DNA of 64,000 nt from an uncultured delta proteobacterium (lineage in GTDB: Bacteria; Desulfobacterota; Binatia; JACPRU01), in the NCBI GenBank assembly GCA_963745025.1, contig CAVUWD010000013.1:128001-192000 (forward strand), written 5' to 3'. The position numbers and the translations under genes were made by a program. Shown one piece after another: positions 9,221 to 19,540 of this stretch (its first letter is position 1; each line of letters starts with the position of its first letter). The notes beneath the pieces are model-generated. The model saw only the letters and a program-made list of their open reading frames with translations, did no database searches and was not told the DNA's origin.

Positions 9221-10867
9221 TCATGAGTTGCTCGAGGAGGGCACCCTGCGTGCCTCGAGCGCGTCGAGATTCAACGCCAGGAACATCCACGCGAGGAAGA
9301 GGCTCTTGTAGAGATAGAGCATCGGGTCGTGCTGCTCGAAGAGCTGGGTGACATACAGGAGGAGCTCGGCGGCAAATATCCATAGGAGCTCTCGCTGCTG
9401 ATTTCGATGGGCTACGACGAGCAGGACGAGGAACGTGTAGTAATACCCAGATAAATTGAGGCCGGTGAAGACCAAGAGCGTTCCCAGGCCGAGCAACGAG
9501 ACGAGGTCGTCTTGCTTTTGGCTGCGTAGCGCAGTCCATACGACCGTCGCGAGGAATACCGTCGCGAGCTGCACTCGATAGACGCTTCGCCGCCAATCGA
9601 TGGCTTCGGTGAGGGCGGAGGAGGATCCGGGCTCGAACGAGCGACCGTAGGCGAGCCAGTTGGTCAGTCCGATGACGTTTGCCGAGGCGCTCTCGCCGTG
9701 TCCCACGACGTTGCGGCCGAAGGCCAGCCAATGCTCGAGGCCGTGGGGTGCGAGCAGCGTCGCCCCGAGCAGCAACAGCGAGACGCTTGCAAAGCCGAGC
9801 AGGAAGCGTCTCAGAGAGGGAGAGACCTGCTCGCCGCGAACGAGTTGGCTGGCAGCTCGCAAGCCCGGTCCGACAATCAAGAATGCAGGGTAGACGCGCA
9901 GCAGGGCGGCGAGCGCGAGGCATCCCCCGGCGGCTGCACTCCACGAGCACGCGGCTAGAACCGCGCACAGCAAGATCGCCGAGAACGAAAGCTCGCGCAG
10001 GAATGCCCCTCCCGTCCAGGGGAACCCGGCGCCGTAGCAGATGCAGAAATAGACGATCGAGAGCAGCGCAGTCTCGGCGCCGAGCGTCGCGGCTACGGCA
10101 ACGAACGTCGCGCCGACCAACAACGGATCGAGAAGCGTGAGGAGAAACACGCCTCGCCGACTGCCTGCAGGCACGTGATTGGCGAAAGCCCCTCCGACCA
10201 GGGACCAGACGGGAGTAGGATTGTATCCGTGGTCCTTCAGGACCTCGCCCCAGGACTGGCCCATCGCGTCGCGAAAGAGCCTCACGTCGGTCCGAAAGTC
10301 CGTCCATCGCGCCGCTGAGAAGCGAGCTTTGACCGCATCGCTCCGGTCGAGCAGCCGATCGACCGGCAGGAGGTAGCTTCCCGATAGATCGCGAGCCTCG
10401 CCGGTCAGGAAGTAGCCGTACTCTTCTTGCTCCGCACGGAGCAGTCCGACGTAGAGGTCTCCGTAGCCGAGCTCGGCGAAATACTTGGATCCGAGGTAGT
10501 AATGCGCGACGTCGTGGAAGTGGATCCACGAGCCGCCGTGGAAATGTAAGAAGTTCGTGTAGGAAATGGCGGCCGCGAGCGCCGCCGCGGTGAGCGCACG
10601 GCGATAGCGGCTCGGCTCACACGCCCAGGCTGCCCCGAACCTCCGCATCCAGAGTATCAACACGACCGCGGCGGCGATCAGCAGGTCGATCCGGCCGAGT
10701 GAGATCGAATCGACGCCCGTCCGAGGGAAGCGCAGCACGATGAGCGCCAGCAGGAAGAGCGTGACGGCGAAACGGAGAACGGGCGTGGAGGTGAGGCCGA
10801 GGCGGGGAGCGAACCAGGCGAGAGGAAGAACTAGCGATAGGAGAAGGCAAACGAAAGGCTCGTCCAT
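9221..10867 (-). CDS. Polytopic membrane protein, probable GT-C (GT87/DUF2029-like) glycosyltransferase
   Basis: About 11-13 hydrophobic segments, large periplasmic loop (HFHDVAHYYLGSKYF...GYNPTPVW), LLRVYPA segment resembling GT87 KxYP. Family is inferred. Confidence 0.55.
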   Translation of the reverse strand: MDEPFVCLLLSLVLPLAWFAPRLGLTSTPVLRFAVTLFLLALIVLRFPRTGVDSISLGRIDLLIAAAVVLILWMRRFGAAWACEPSRYRRALTAAALAAAISYTNFLHFHGGSWIHFHDVAHYYLGSKYFAELGYGDLYVGLLRAEQEEYGYFLTGEARDLSGSYLLPVDRLLDRSDAVKARFSAARWTDFRTDVRLFRDAMGQSWGEVLKDHGYNPTPVWSLVGGAFANHVPAGSRRGVFLLTLLDPLLVGATFVAVAATLGAETALLSIVYFCICYGAGFPWTGGAFLRELSFSAILLCAVLAACSWSAAAGGCLALAALLRVYPAFLIVGPGLRAASQLVRGEQVSPSLRRFLLGFASVSLLLLGATLLAPHGLEHWLAFGRNVVGHGESASANVIGLTNWLAYGRSFEPGSSSALTEAIDWRRSVYRVQLATVFLATVVWTALRSQKQDDLVSLLGLGTLLVFTGLNLSGYYYTFLVLLVVAHRNQQRELLWIFAAELLLYVTQLFEQHDPMLYLYKSLFLAWMFLALNLDALEARRVPSSSNS

Positions 10868-10919
10868 GTGAGACCGGAGTCAGCGTATCGGGAAGCCGAT
10901 CGCGGCCACAAGGCGGCGG

Positions 10920-11792
10920 CTAGTCGAGTCGGCGGAGCGCTTCGGCCATCACGTCGGCCGGCGGCTCTCGCCCGGTCCATAGCCGGAAGCCGAGCCCCGC
11001 TTGCTCGAGCAGCATGCCGAGACCATCTGCAGCCTGCCGCCCATGCCGGCGGGCTGCGCGCACGAGCGGTGTAGGCTGAGCGCCGTAGACGAGGTCGTAG
11101 AAGAGACAGTCCTTCCGGGTCGTGGCGATCGCGATCGGAGGGACGCTCCTTCCGTCGAGTCCGAGCGAGGTGCAATTGACGATTAGATCGGCGGTGGCGA
11201 CGGCTTCGCTTCGTCTGGCCGCACTCAGCGCCCCCGTATCGATCGCGGGGCCTCCGTGCGCGCGGATCGCCCCCGCGAGCAGTTTGGCCCGGTCGACGGT
11301 CCGATTGAGGATCGTGAGCGCACCGATCCCTCCGTCCGCCAGTGCCCACGCCACGGCGCGCGCCGAGCCCCCTGCCCCGAGCAGCAGCGCGGACTTCCGC
11401 CGCGGGCGAAAGCCGAGCTTCTCGATTGCTCGACGAAAGCCTTCCGCATCGGTGTTGTGGCCCTCGAGCCGCTGGCCACGCCGGACGACCGTGTTGACCG
11501 CGCCGATTCCTCGCGCGGCGGGCGACAGGTGATCGAGAAGCGGCACGATCGTCTCCTTGTGAGGAACCGTGACGTTCAGCCCCGCGAAGCCGAGCGCCCG
11601 GGCGCCGAGGACCGCGCGGCGAAGATCGGGCGGCCGCACGCGCAGCGCGACATAGACGAAATCGAGCCCGAGCGCCGCGAACGCGGCGTTGTGCATCGCC
11701 GGCGATCGAGAGTGCCCGACCGGGTCGCCGAGGATCGCGACGACGCGCGTCGTGCCCCGTATTTCCCTCACTGGCCGAGGAGCCTGCGTCAC
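10920..11792 (-). CDS. aroE: Shikimate dehydrogenase
   Basis: GDPVGHSRSP, NVTVPHKE, GAVNT, GHNTD, GAGGSARA, DLVY, GLGML. Start is GTG 11792 or 11771. Confidence 0.93.
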   Translation of the reverse strand: MTQAPRPVREIRGTTRVVAILGDPVGHSRSPAMHNAAFAALGLDFVYVALRVRPPDLRRAVLGARALGFAGLNVTVPHKETIVPLLDHLSPAARGIGAVNTVVRRGQRLEGHNTDAEGFRRAIEKLGFRPRRKSALLLGAGGSARAVAWALADGGIGALTILNRTVDRAKLLAGAIRAHGGPAIDTGALSAARRSEAVATADLIVNCTSLGLDGRSVPPIAIATTRKDCLFYDLVYGAQPTPLVRAARRHGRQAADGLGMLLEQAGLGFRLWTGREPPADVMAEALRRLD

Positions 11793-11795
11793 GAG

Positions 11796-11941
11796 TCGCT
11801 CCCGATGGTCGCGATCCCGTCTCCGGTCGAGCATCCTACCGAGTCATGGGCGCGCGTCGCAGATCGCGTCAAATGTCGCTCCCGGTGGTCGCGAGAGCTC
11901 TGCCGTAAGCGCTGCCTCGATCGCTCCCGGTGGTCGCGATC
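11796..11941. repeat. Three REP-like copies (CGCTCCCGNTGGTCGCGA) between aroE and ppdK
   Basis: Copies at about 11796-11816, 11876-11894 and 11919-11941. Confidence 0.85.
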
Positions 11942-11959
11942 CATCTCCGGTCAAGCCTC

Positions 11960-14752
11960 CTACCCGGTGAGCGCCGCATGCGCAGCGGCGAGCCGAGCGA
12001 TGGGCACGCGGAACGGCGAGCAGGAGACGTAATCGAGGCCGCCCCGATGACAGAAGGCGACCGAGCGAGGATCACCGCCGTGCTCGCCGCAGATCCCGAT
12101 CTTCAGCTTCGGCTTGGTGCGACGGCCACGCTCGATGGCGATCTTCATGAGCTCGCCGACGCCGGACTCGTCGAGCGACGCGAACGGGTCCTCGGGGAGG
12201 ATCTTCTGCTGGAGGTACGTCGCCATGAAGCTCCCCGTATCGTCGCGCGAAAAACCGAACGTCATCTGCGTCAAGTCGTTGGTGCCGAACGAGAAGAACT
12301 CCGCGTGCTCGGCGATCTGATCGGCGAGCAGCGCCGCGCGCGGAACCTCGATCATCGTGCCGACCGAGTGAGGAATCCGCTTGAGCCCCGTCTTGTCGAG
12401 TGCCTGGCGATACGCCCGCTCGATGATCGCATATTGATGCGCGAGCTCGGCGGCGGCCGAAACGACCGGGATCATGATCTCCGGCTCGACCTTCTTTCCG
12501 GCGCGCAGAAGCTCGGCGGCGGCCTCGAAAATCGCCCGCGCCTGCATCTCGGTGATCTCGGGATGGCTGATGCCGAGCCGTACGCCGCGATGCCCCATCA
12601 TCGGGTTCGTCTCGTGCAGCGCCTCCGCACGCTTGCGGAGTACCTCGAGATCGATGCCGAGCTCGTCGGCCAGCTCCGCGAGCTTCTCTTCCTGCTTCGG
12701 CACGAACTCGTGAAGCGGCGGATCGAGGAGCCGGATCGTGACGGGCAGGCCGTTCATGACCTCGAGGGTTTTTCGGACGTCCTCCTTCACGTCGACGAAG
12801 AGGTCGTCGAGCGCCGCGCGGCGCTCCTGCTCGCTGCTGGCGACGATCATGCGCCGGAGCTTTTGCAGAGGCTCCTCCGCTCCCTCGCCGTAGAACATGT
12901 GCTCGGTGCGGAAGAGGCCGATGCCTTCCGCGCCGAAGGCTCGCGCCCGTCTTGCATCTTCGGCGGTATCGGCGTTGGCGCGGACGCGCAGGCGGCGCAG
13001 ATCATCGGCCCACCCCATGAGGGTCCGGTACTCGCGATTGCGCTCGAGGTCGGGTTCCACGAGCGGCAGCTTTCCCGCGTAGACCTTGCCCTCGGTTCCG
13101 TTCAGGCTGATCCAGTCCCCGCGCTTCAGCACCTGACCGTTGACGCGCACGGTTCCGGCGCCGACGTCGATGTCGAGGGCGTCGCAGCCGACGATGCAGC
13201 ACTTGCCCCAGCCGCGCGCCACCAGCGCCGCGTGACTCGTCAGGCCGCCTTTGGCGGTGAGGATCGCCTGCGCCGCATGCATGCCGTGCACGTCCTCGGG
13301 GCTCGTCTCGTTGCGGACGAGAATCACCTTGGCGTCCTCTCCGGAGGTTTGTTCGACGATCTGCGCAGCCTCGTCCGCGGTGAGCGCGATGCGCCCATGA
13401 GCGCCGCCCGGCCCGGCGGGGAGCCCTTTGGCCAGCGCGGAATTCGCCTGCTCGGCTTGCGGATCGAGCATCGGCAGCAGCACCTGGACGAGCGCCGCTG
13501 GGCTGACGCGCAGCACCGCGTCTTTCTTCGAGATCAGCTTCTCGCTCGCCATGTCGACGGCCATCTTCACGGCGGCGACGCCATTTCGCTTCCCGACCCG
13601 GCACTGAAGCATCCACAAGCGCTCTTCCTGGATCGTGAACTCGACGTCGAGCATGTCCTGGTAGTGCCGCTCGAGCTTCCGCTGGATCATCTCGAGCTCG
13701 CGGTAAGCCTTCGGCATCGCCGTTTCGAGGCTCGGCAGGTGGCGCGTGTGGTCGGTCTTGCCAGCCTCGTTGATCGGTAGCGGCGTGCGGATTCCCGCGA
13801 CCACGTCTTCGCCCTGGGCGTTCGACAGCCATTCGCCGTAGAAGATCTTCCGGCCGGTGGCGGGATCGCGCGTGAAGCCGACCCCCGTCGCCGAAGTGTC
13901 GCCCATGTTGCCGAAGACCATCGCCTGGACGTTGACGGCCGTGCCCCACTCGTCGGGAATCTTCTCGATGCGGCGATACTCGATCGCACGCCTGCCGTTC
14001 CACGACTGAAAGACCGCGCCGATGCCGCCCCAGAGCTGCTCCATCGCATCCTCGGGAAACGGCTTGCCGAGCACTTCGAGCACCTTCTGCTTGTAAGTCC
14101 CGATCAGCGCGCACAGATCGTCGGCGGAGAGCTCCGTGTCTTGCTTGACTCCGCGCGTCCGCTTCAGCGCCTCGAGCTCGTGCTCGAGCTGCTGCCGGAT
14201 CCCCTTGCCCTCGGCGGGCTCGACGCCCGCGGCCTTCTCCATCACCACGTCGGAGTACATCTGGATCAGGCGGCGCTGCGCGTCGTAGACGAACCGTGGG
14301 TTCTGCGTCTTGTCGATGAGCCCCTGGCGCGTCGTGTCGTTCAAGCCGACGTTCAGGATCGTCTCCATCATCCCCGGCATGGAGCTCCGCGCGCCGGAGC
14401 GGACCGAGACGAGCAGCGGGTTCTTAGGATCGCCGAAGCCGGCGCCGATGATCGATTCGACGCGGCTCAGGTTCCTCGCGACGTCGGCACGCAGCGTCGG
14501 CGGGTACTTCCGGCCGTGCTTGTCGAAATAGGTGCAGACCTCGGTGGTGATCGTGAAGCCCGGGGGCACGGGGAGCCCGAGTCCCGCCATCTCCGCGAGA
14601 TTCGCACCCTTGCCGCCGAGCAGTTCCTTCATCTTCGCGGTGCCTTCGGCCTTGCCGCCACCGAAGGAATAGACGTGCTTCGACGTGCTGCGCGCCCTGT
14701 TGGAAGACCTAACGTTCTTGCGAGAAGGCTTCTTCGCGGACTGGCGAGCCAT
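11960..14752 (-). CDS. ppdK: Pyruvate, phosphate dikinase
   Basis: LLGGKGANLAEM, VRSGARSSMPGMM, phospho-His GGLTSHAA, FSFGTNDLTQ, GICGEHGG. Confidence 0.97.
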   Translation of the reverse strand: MARQSAKKPSRKNVRSSNRARSTSKHVYSFGGGKAEGTAKMKELLGGKGANLAEMAGLGLPVPPGFTITTEVCTYFDKHGRKYPPTLRADVARNLSRVESIIGAGFGDPKNPLLVSVRSGARSSMPGMMETILNVGLNDTTRQGLIDKTQNPRFVYDAQRRLIQMYSDVVMEKAAGVEPAEGKGIRQQLEHELEALKRTRGVKQDTELSADDLCALIGTYKQKVLEVLGKPFPEDAMEQLWGGIGAVFQSWNGRRAIEYRRIEKIPDEWGTAVNVQAMVFGNMGDTSATGVGFTRDPATGRKIFYGEWLSNAQGEDVVAGIRTPLPINEAGKTDHTRHLPSLETAMPKAYRELEMIQRKLERHYQDMLDVEFTIQEERLWMLQCRVGKRNGVAAVKMAVDMASEKLISKKDAVLRVSPAALVQVLLPMLDPQAEQANSALAKGLPAGPGGAHGRIALTADEAAQIVEQTSGEDAKVILVRNETSPEDVHGMHAAQAILTAKGGLTSHAALVARGWGKCCIVGCDALDIDVGAGTVRVNGQVLKRGDWISLNGTEGKVYAGKLPLVEPDLERNREYRTLMGWADDLRRLRVRANADTAEDARRARAFGAEGIGLFRTEHMFYGEGAEEPLQKLRRMIVASSEQERRAALDDLFVDVKEDVRKTLEVMNGLPVTIRLLDPPLHEFVPKQEEKLAELADELGIDLEVLRKRAEALHETNPMMGHRGVRLGISHPEITEMQARAIFEAAAELLRAGKKVEPEIMIPVVSAAAELAHQYAIIERAYRQALDKTGLKRIPHSVGTMIEVPRAALLADQIAEHAEFFSFGTNDLTQMTFGFSRDDTGSFMATYLQQKILPEDPFASLDESGVGELMKIAIERGRRTKPKLKIGICGEHGGDPRSVAFCHRGGLDYVSCSPFRVPIARLAAAHAALTG

Positions 14753-14837
14753 GATGATCTCCGTTCGCTCCCGTAAAGTCGGGCTGAGTACCACGCGGGC
14801 TGGAACGCCGCAACGAAGCAACCGCCGTGTTGCGACG

Positions 14838-15590
14838 CTACATCCCCAAGATTTCCCGCAGCAGCGCCGGGGAGCGCAGTGGCCGCCTCACGTGATGCGC
14901 GATGAAGGTCTGCAGGAGCACGCGGATCTCGCCGGCGCTGGCAGCCGGAGAAATCTTGGCGGAGCCGTTGCGCAGCGCCGCAAGATACTGCACTGCCGCG
15001 CTCGAGACCGCCATCCCCGATCCATCGGCGCAGACCTGACAGAGCATCGTCCCGGTTCGCGGATTGAAGTGGAATCCGGAATCGTCCGTGGGCAATTGCT
15101 GGCAGCGCACGCAACGCTCGAGCTGCGGCTCGAGCCCGGCGAGCGTAAGCAGGCGCATCTCGAAATAGCGGAGCCACTCCGGTGCGGGCGCCTCAGGAGA
15201 CGAGTCGATGCGCTGGAGCATCTCCTCCGTGAGATCGAAGATCGCGGGCTCCGCCTCGCGGCCCTCGACCATCGAGTCGATGAGCTCGACGACGTAGGTC
15301 GAGTACGCATAGCGCTCGAGATCGAAGGCGAGCTTGCGCGCGGCCCGCACGATGTCGGCCGATTCGATGAAGCAAAGATCACTCTGCCCACGCGTGCGGA
15401 AGCCGAGTCGGACGTGGGTGAAGGGCTCGAGCGAGGCCACGAATCTTCGCTTCGAGCGCATCGCTCCCTTGGCGATCCCCGAAATCTTTCCGAAATCCCG
15501 CGAAAGGAAACCGACGATCTTGTCGCTCTCTCCGTAAGCGCGCGAACGCAGGACGATGGCAGGCGATGAATGGGAAACCGTGGTTCGGAT
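14838..15590 (-). CDS. recO: DNA repair protein RecO
   Basis: The frame continues upstream of the ORF-track ATG as SPAIVLRSRAYGESDKIVGFLSRDFGKISGIAKGA (RecO OB-fold N-terminus); Zn finger CVRC...CQVC. Start codon uncertain (ATC 15590). Confidence 0.88.
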   Translation of the reverse strand: MRTTVSHSSPAIVLRSRAYGESDKIVGFLSRDFGKISGIAKGAMRSKRRFVASLEPFTHVRLGFRTRGQSDLCFIESADIVRAARKLAFDLERYAYSTYVVELIDSMVEGREAEPAIFDLTEEMLQRIDSSPEAPAPEWLRYFEMRLLTLAGLEPQLERCVRCQQLPTDDSGFHFNPRTGTMLCQVCADGSGMAVSSAAVQYLAALRNGSAKISPAASAGEIRVLLQTFIAHHVRRPLRSPALLREILGM

Positions 15591-15706
15591 GGATATTCTC
15601 CCGTTACCGCACTGGCAAACGAATTTACCGTGATTAGGTTCGACAAGAAAGATCGGGCGTACGACGGTTGCGTTCGAAGCTCCGGCAGGGAGAAGGCGCG
15701 AAGCGA

Positions 15707-16315
15707 ATGACAGACCCTAAAGACGAACCTCGATTCCAGACCGAAGCGGAGAGCGCCCCGCAGCAGGAGGGCGTTTCGCCGACGGCGAAGGAGCGAATTG
15801 CCGAGCTCGAAGAGGAGCTCCGACTCAAGTCGGAGGAAGCCGCCGCGAACCGCGATCGCCATCTCCGAGCCATTGCGGAGGCAGAAAACTTCAAGAAGCG
15901 CCTGCAGAAGGACAAGGGCGACGCGATCCGCTTCGCCAATGAAACCCTGCTGCGCGACCTTCTGCACGTTGTTGATAACCTGGAGCTTGCGATCGAGCAT
16001 GCGGGATTGGAAGGCAACGGCAAATCCGTCGTGCAGGGAGTCGAGCTCACCTTGCGGCTCTTCCATGACGTTCTCGAGCGCCACGGCGTGAAAGAGCTCG
16101 GCGATCCGACCGGCGCAGCCTTCGATCCTTCTACCCAGGAGGCGGCAGAGGTCCAGACAAATCCGGAGTTCCGCCCAAACACCGTTATTAGGCAACAGAT
16201 CAAGGGCTATCGCTATAATGATCGCTTGCTCCGGCCGGCGAGAGTCGTCGTCGCGGGAGAGCCATCGTCGATCGACACGGAGCCCGGCGAGGACGAGAAG
16301 GAGCCCATCCACTAG
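15707..16315 (+). CDS. grpE: Nucleotide exchange factor GrpE
   Basis: AEAENFKKR, VDNLELA, FDP, KGYRYNDRLLRPARVVV; upstream of dnaK. Confidence 0.95.
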   Translation: MTDPKDEPRFQTEAESAPQQEGVSPTAKERIAELEEELRLKSEEAAANRDRHLRAIAEAENFKKRLQKDKGDAIRFANETLLRDLLHVVDNLELAIEHAGLEGNGKSVVQGVELTLRLFHDVLERHGVKELGDPTGAAFDPSTQEAAEVQTNPEFRPNTVIRQQIKGYRYNDRLLRPARVVVAGEPSSIDTEPGEDEKEPIH

Positions 16316-16402
16316 CTTAGCTCTGCGGGTTGCAAGTGGGCGCTCGATGGTTACTTAGCCGGTTACTGACGAGGAAATTCGTCGGAAGACGAGGGTGACT
16401 GT

Positions 16403-18325
16403 ATGGCAAAGCTAATCGGCATCGACCTCGGAACGACAAACTCCGTGGTCGCCATCATGGAAGGGGGAGACCCCAACGTTTTGACCAATTCGGAAGGCGC
16501 GCGGACGACCCCATCGGTCGTTGCCTTCACTGAGAGTGGGGAGCGCCTGACCGGGCAAGTCGCCAAGCGTCAAGCGATCACGAATCCACAGAACACGGTA
16601 TCGGCCATCAAGCGGCTGATCGGCCGTCGTTACGACGACCCATTGGTGCAGAAGGCGATGAAGGTTCTTCCGTACAAGGTCGTCAAGGGAGACAACGGTG
16701 ACGCATGGGTCGAGATCCGCGGCAAGAAGTACAGCCCCGCGGAGATTTCCGCCTTCGTGCTCCAGAAGATGAAGCAGACCGCCGAAGACTACCTTGGCGA
16801 AAAGGTCAGTGAGGCGGTGATCACCGTCCCCGCGTACTTCAACGATAGCCAGCGTCAGGCGACCAAGGATGCCGGTAAGATCGCGGGCCTGAGCGTCCTG
16901 CGCATCATCAACGAGCCGACCGCAGCGTCGCTGGCATACGGCCTCGACAAGAAGAAGGACGAGAAGATCGCCGTTTTCGATCTCGGCGGCGGCACGTTCG
17001 ACATCTCGATCCTCGAGCTCGGTGAAGGTGTCTTTGAAGTCAAGGCCACCAACGGCGACACGTTCCTCGGCGGCGAAGACTTCGACCAGAGGGTCATGGA
17101 CTATCTCGCCGACGAGTTCAAAAAGGACCAAGGCATCGATGTGCGCAAGGACCGCATGGCCCTGCAGCGCCTGAAGGAGGCTGCGGAGAAGGCCAAGTGC
17201 GAGCTGTCGACGGTCCCGGAGACGGAGATCAACCTCCCCTTCATCACCGCAGATCAGTCCGGACCGAAGCACCTCAACATGAAGCTCACGCGCGCCAAGC
17301 TCGAGGCGCTCTGCTCCGAGTTCCTCGAGCGCCTCGATGGCCCGTGCCTCACGGCGCTGAAAGACGCTGGGCTCACCGCGAGCGACATCGACGAGGTTGT
17401 GCTGGTGGGCGGCATGACGCGCATGCCGGCCGTGCAAGCTCGCGTGAAGAAGCTCTTCGGCAAGGAGCCGCACAAGGGCGTGAACCCCGACGAGGTGGTC
17501 GGCATCGGCGCGGCCATCCAGGCCGGGGTGCTGAAGGGTGAGGTGAAGGACGTCCTGCTTCTCGACGTCACCCCACTGTCGCTCGGCATCGAGACGCTCG
17601 GCGGCGTGTTCACCAAGTTGATCGAGAAGAACACGACGATCCCGACGAAGAAGAGCCAGACGTTCTCGACGGCGGCCGACAACCAGTCGGCGGTGACGAT
17701 TCGAGTGTTCCAGGGCGAGCGCGAGATGGCCGCGGACAACAAGCTGCTCGGCCAGTTCGACCTGGTCGGCATCCCGCCGGCACCGCGTGGCGTGCCGCAG
17801 GTCGAGGTGACGTTCGACATCGATGCCAACGGCATCGTGCACGTGAACGCCAAGGATCTCGGAACCGGCAAGGAGCAATCGATCAGGATCACGGCGTCGA
17901 GCGGCCTCAACAAGGAGGAGATCGAGCGCATGGTGAAGGAGGCCGAATCGCACGCGGAGGAGGACCGCAAGCGCCGCGAAACGGTCGACGCAAAGAACCA
18001 ACTCGACAGCTTGGTCTATCAGACGGAGAAGTCGCTCAAGGACTACAAAGGCGACCTCGACGACGCGACGAAGTCGGCCATCGAATCGGCGCTCGAGCAG
18101 GCCAAGAAGGCGATCGAGCAAGGCGAGATCGACGCGATTCGCTCCGCCACTGAAGCGCTGAGCCAAAGCTCCCACAAGCTCGCAGAGGTGATGTACAAGC
18201 GGACGGTGAAGGAGGGGCCGGCGGGTGCAGACGGTGGAGCCGCCTCGGGTGGAGAGAGCGCGCAGGGCGGCGGCGGCAAGAAAGGCGACGACGTCGTCGA
18301 CGCCGACTTCGAAGAAGTGAAGTAA
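16403..18325 (+). CDS. dnaK: Chaperone DnaK (Hsp70)
   Basis: [28 protein letters not shown]-terminal DADFEEV. Confidence 0.99.
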   Translation: MAKLIGIDLGTTNSVVAIMEGGDPNVLTNSEGARTTPSVVAFTESGERLTGQVAKRQAITNPQNTVSAIKRLIGRRYDDPLVQKAMKVLPYKVVKGDNGDAWVEIRGKKYSPAEISAFVLQKMKQTAEDYLGEKVSEAVITVPAYFNDSQRQATKDAGKIAGLSVLRIINEPTAASLAYGLDKKKDEKIAVFDLGGGTFDISILELGEGVFEVKATNGDTFLGGEDFDQRVMDYLADEFKKDQGIDVRKDRMALQRLKEAAEKAKCELSTVPETEINLPFITADQSGPKHLNMKLTRAKLEALCSEFLERLDGPCLTALKDAGLTASDIDEVVLVGGMTRMPAVQARVKKLFGKEPHKGVNPDEVVGIGAAIQAGVLKGEVKDVLLLDVTPLSLGIETLGGVFTKLIEKNTTIPTKKSQTFSTAADNQSAVTIRVFQGEREMAADNKLLGQFDLVGIPPAPRGVPQVEVTFDIDANGIVHVNAKDLGTGKEQSIRITASSGLNKEEIERMVKEAESHAEEDRKRRETVDAKNQLDSLVYQTEKSLKDYKGDLDDATKSAIESALEQAKKAIEQGEIDAIRSATEALSQSSHKLAEVMYKRTVKEGPAGADGGAASGGESAQGGGGKKGDDVVDADFEEVK

Positions 18326-18332
18326 AGAAGAG

Positions 18333-18384
18333 AAGGGATCCGATCCATTTTTACCGCTGTGCTGGAAAATGGGACCTGGTCCCG
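18333..18384. repeat. Inverted doublet of short palindromes (REP-like; second family member at 49607-49659)
   Basis: AAGGGATCCGATCCATTTTT ... AAAATGGGACCTGGTCCCG in the dnaK-dnaJ spacer. Confidence 0.6.
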
Positions 18385-18400
18385 TCATACATAGATCTCG

Positions 18401-19516
18401 ATGCCTCCGCCCAAGCGGGACTACTACGAGGTGCTCGGCGTCGGTCGCGAGGCGTCGCAGGACGAAGTCAAAAAGGCCTATCGGCGCCTCGCGCTGAAGC
18501 TTCACCCGGACCGCAACCCGGGAGACAAAGAGGCCGAGGAGCGCTTCAAGGAAGCCTCGGCCGCGTATCAAATCCTCGGTGATACCGAGCGCCGCGCGCA
18601 GTACGATCGCTTCGGTCACGCGGCGTTCGATCAGCAGAGCGGGTTCAGCGGATTCGATTTCAGCGCGGGCTTCGAAGACCTCTTCAGCGACATCTTCGGA
18701 GACTTCTTCGGCGGTGGGCGCGGCCGCTCGCGCGGCCGCTCGCGGCGTGGCGAGGACCTCCGCTACGACCTCGAGATCCCGTTCGAGGAAGCGGTGTTCG
18801 GCTGCGAGAAACAGCTCTCGGTGCCGCGCTGGAAGACCTGCGATGGATGCGCCGGCAAGGGAACCAAGAGCGGCAGCGCGCCGCGCACCTGTCCCTCCTG
18901 TCGGGGGAGCGGGCAGATCCGCTTCCAGCAGGGATTCTTCTCGATCGCCAAGACCTGCAGCCAGTGCGGTGGAGAGGGCTCGATCATCGCCGACCCCTGC
19001 GCGAAGTGCGGAGGCGGCGGGCGGGTGCGCGTCACACAGAACCTCAGCCTCAAAGTGCCGGCCGGCGTCGATGACGGCTCGCGTCTCAAGCTTCGCGGCG
19101 AGGGTGAAGCCGGAATCGGTGGAGGGCCGCCGGGCGATCTCTACGTGGTGATCTCGGTCGCCGAGCACCCGCTCTTCACGCGACAGGGGAAAGACGTCAT
19201 CTGCGAGATCCCCGTTTCGTTCACCCAACTCGCGCTCGGCGCCGAGATCGAGGTGCCGACGCTCGAGGACAAGTCCAAGCTGAAGGTCCCCGCGGGGACG
19301 CAGACGGGCACGGTGTTTCGGCTCAAGGGGAAGGGCATCCCCGACCTGCAGGGGTACGGCAAGGGCGACGAGCTGGTGCGCGTGCACGTCGAAGTCCCTC
19401 ATAAGCTGACCGCGCGCCAGCGCGAGCTTCTCGAGGAATACGCACGCAACGGCGGCGAAGACGTGAGCCCGCTCAACAAGGGCTTCCTCGACCGCGTCAA
19501 AGAGATGTTCGGGTAA
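18401..19516 (+). CDS. dnaJ: Chaperone DnaJ
   Basis: J-domain HPD, G/F-rich region, four CxxCxGxG repeats. Confidence 0.98.
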   Translation: MPPPKRDYYEVLGVGREASQDEVKKAYRRLALKLHPDRNPGDKEAEERFKEASAAYQILGDTERRAQYDRFGHAAFDQQSGFSGFDFSAGFEDLFSDIFGDFFGGGRGRSRGRSRRGEDLRYDLEIPFEEAVFGCEKQLSVPRWKTCDGCAGKGTKSGSAPRTCPSCRGSGQIRFQQGFFSIAKTCSQCGGEGSIIADPCAKCGGGGRVRVTQNLSLKVPAGVDDGSRLKLRGEGEAGIGGGPPGDLYVVISVAEHPLFTRQGKDVICEIPVSFTQLALGAEIEVPTLEDKSKLKVPAGTQTGTVFRLKGKGIPDLQGYGKGDELVRVHVEVPHKLTARQRELLEEYARNGGEDVSPLNKGFLDRVKEMFG

Positions 19517-19540
19517 GAAGAGCGTGGGTGGGATACCGGA

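Noticed and set aside
11930-13780. 616-aa plus-strand ORF and many similar Arg/Ala-rich overlapping ORFs
   Set aside because: Antisense or alternate frames of well-supported genes (here ppdK) with no motifs.
15591-16402. CIRCE or sigma-32 elements before grpE/dnaK
   Set aside because: No TTAGCACTC-N9-GAGTGCTAA and no convincing heat-shock promoter consensus found by eye.
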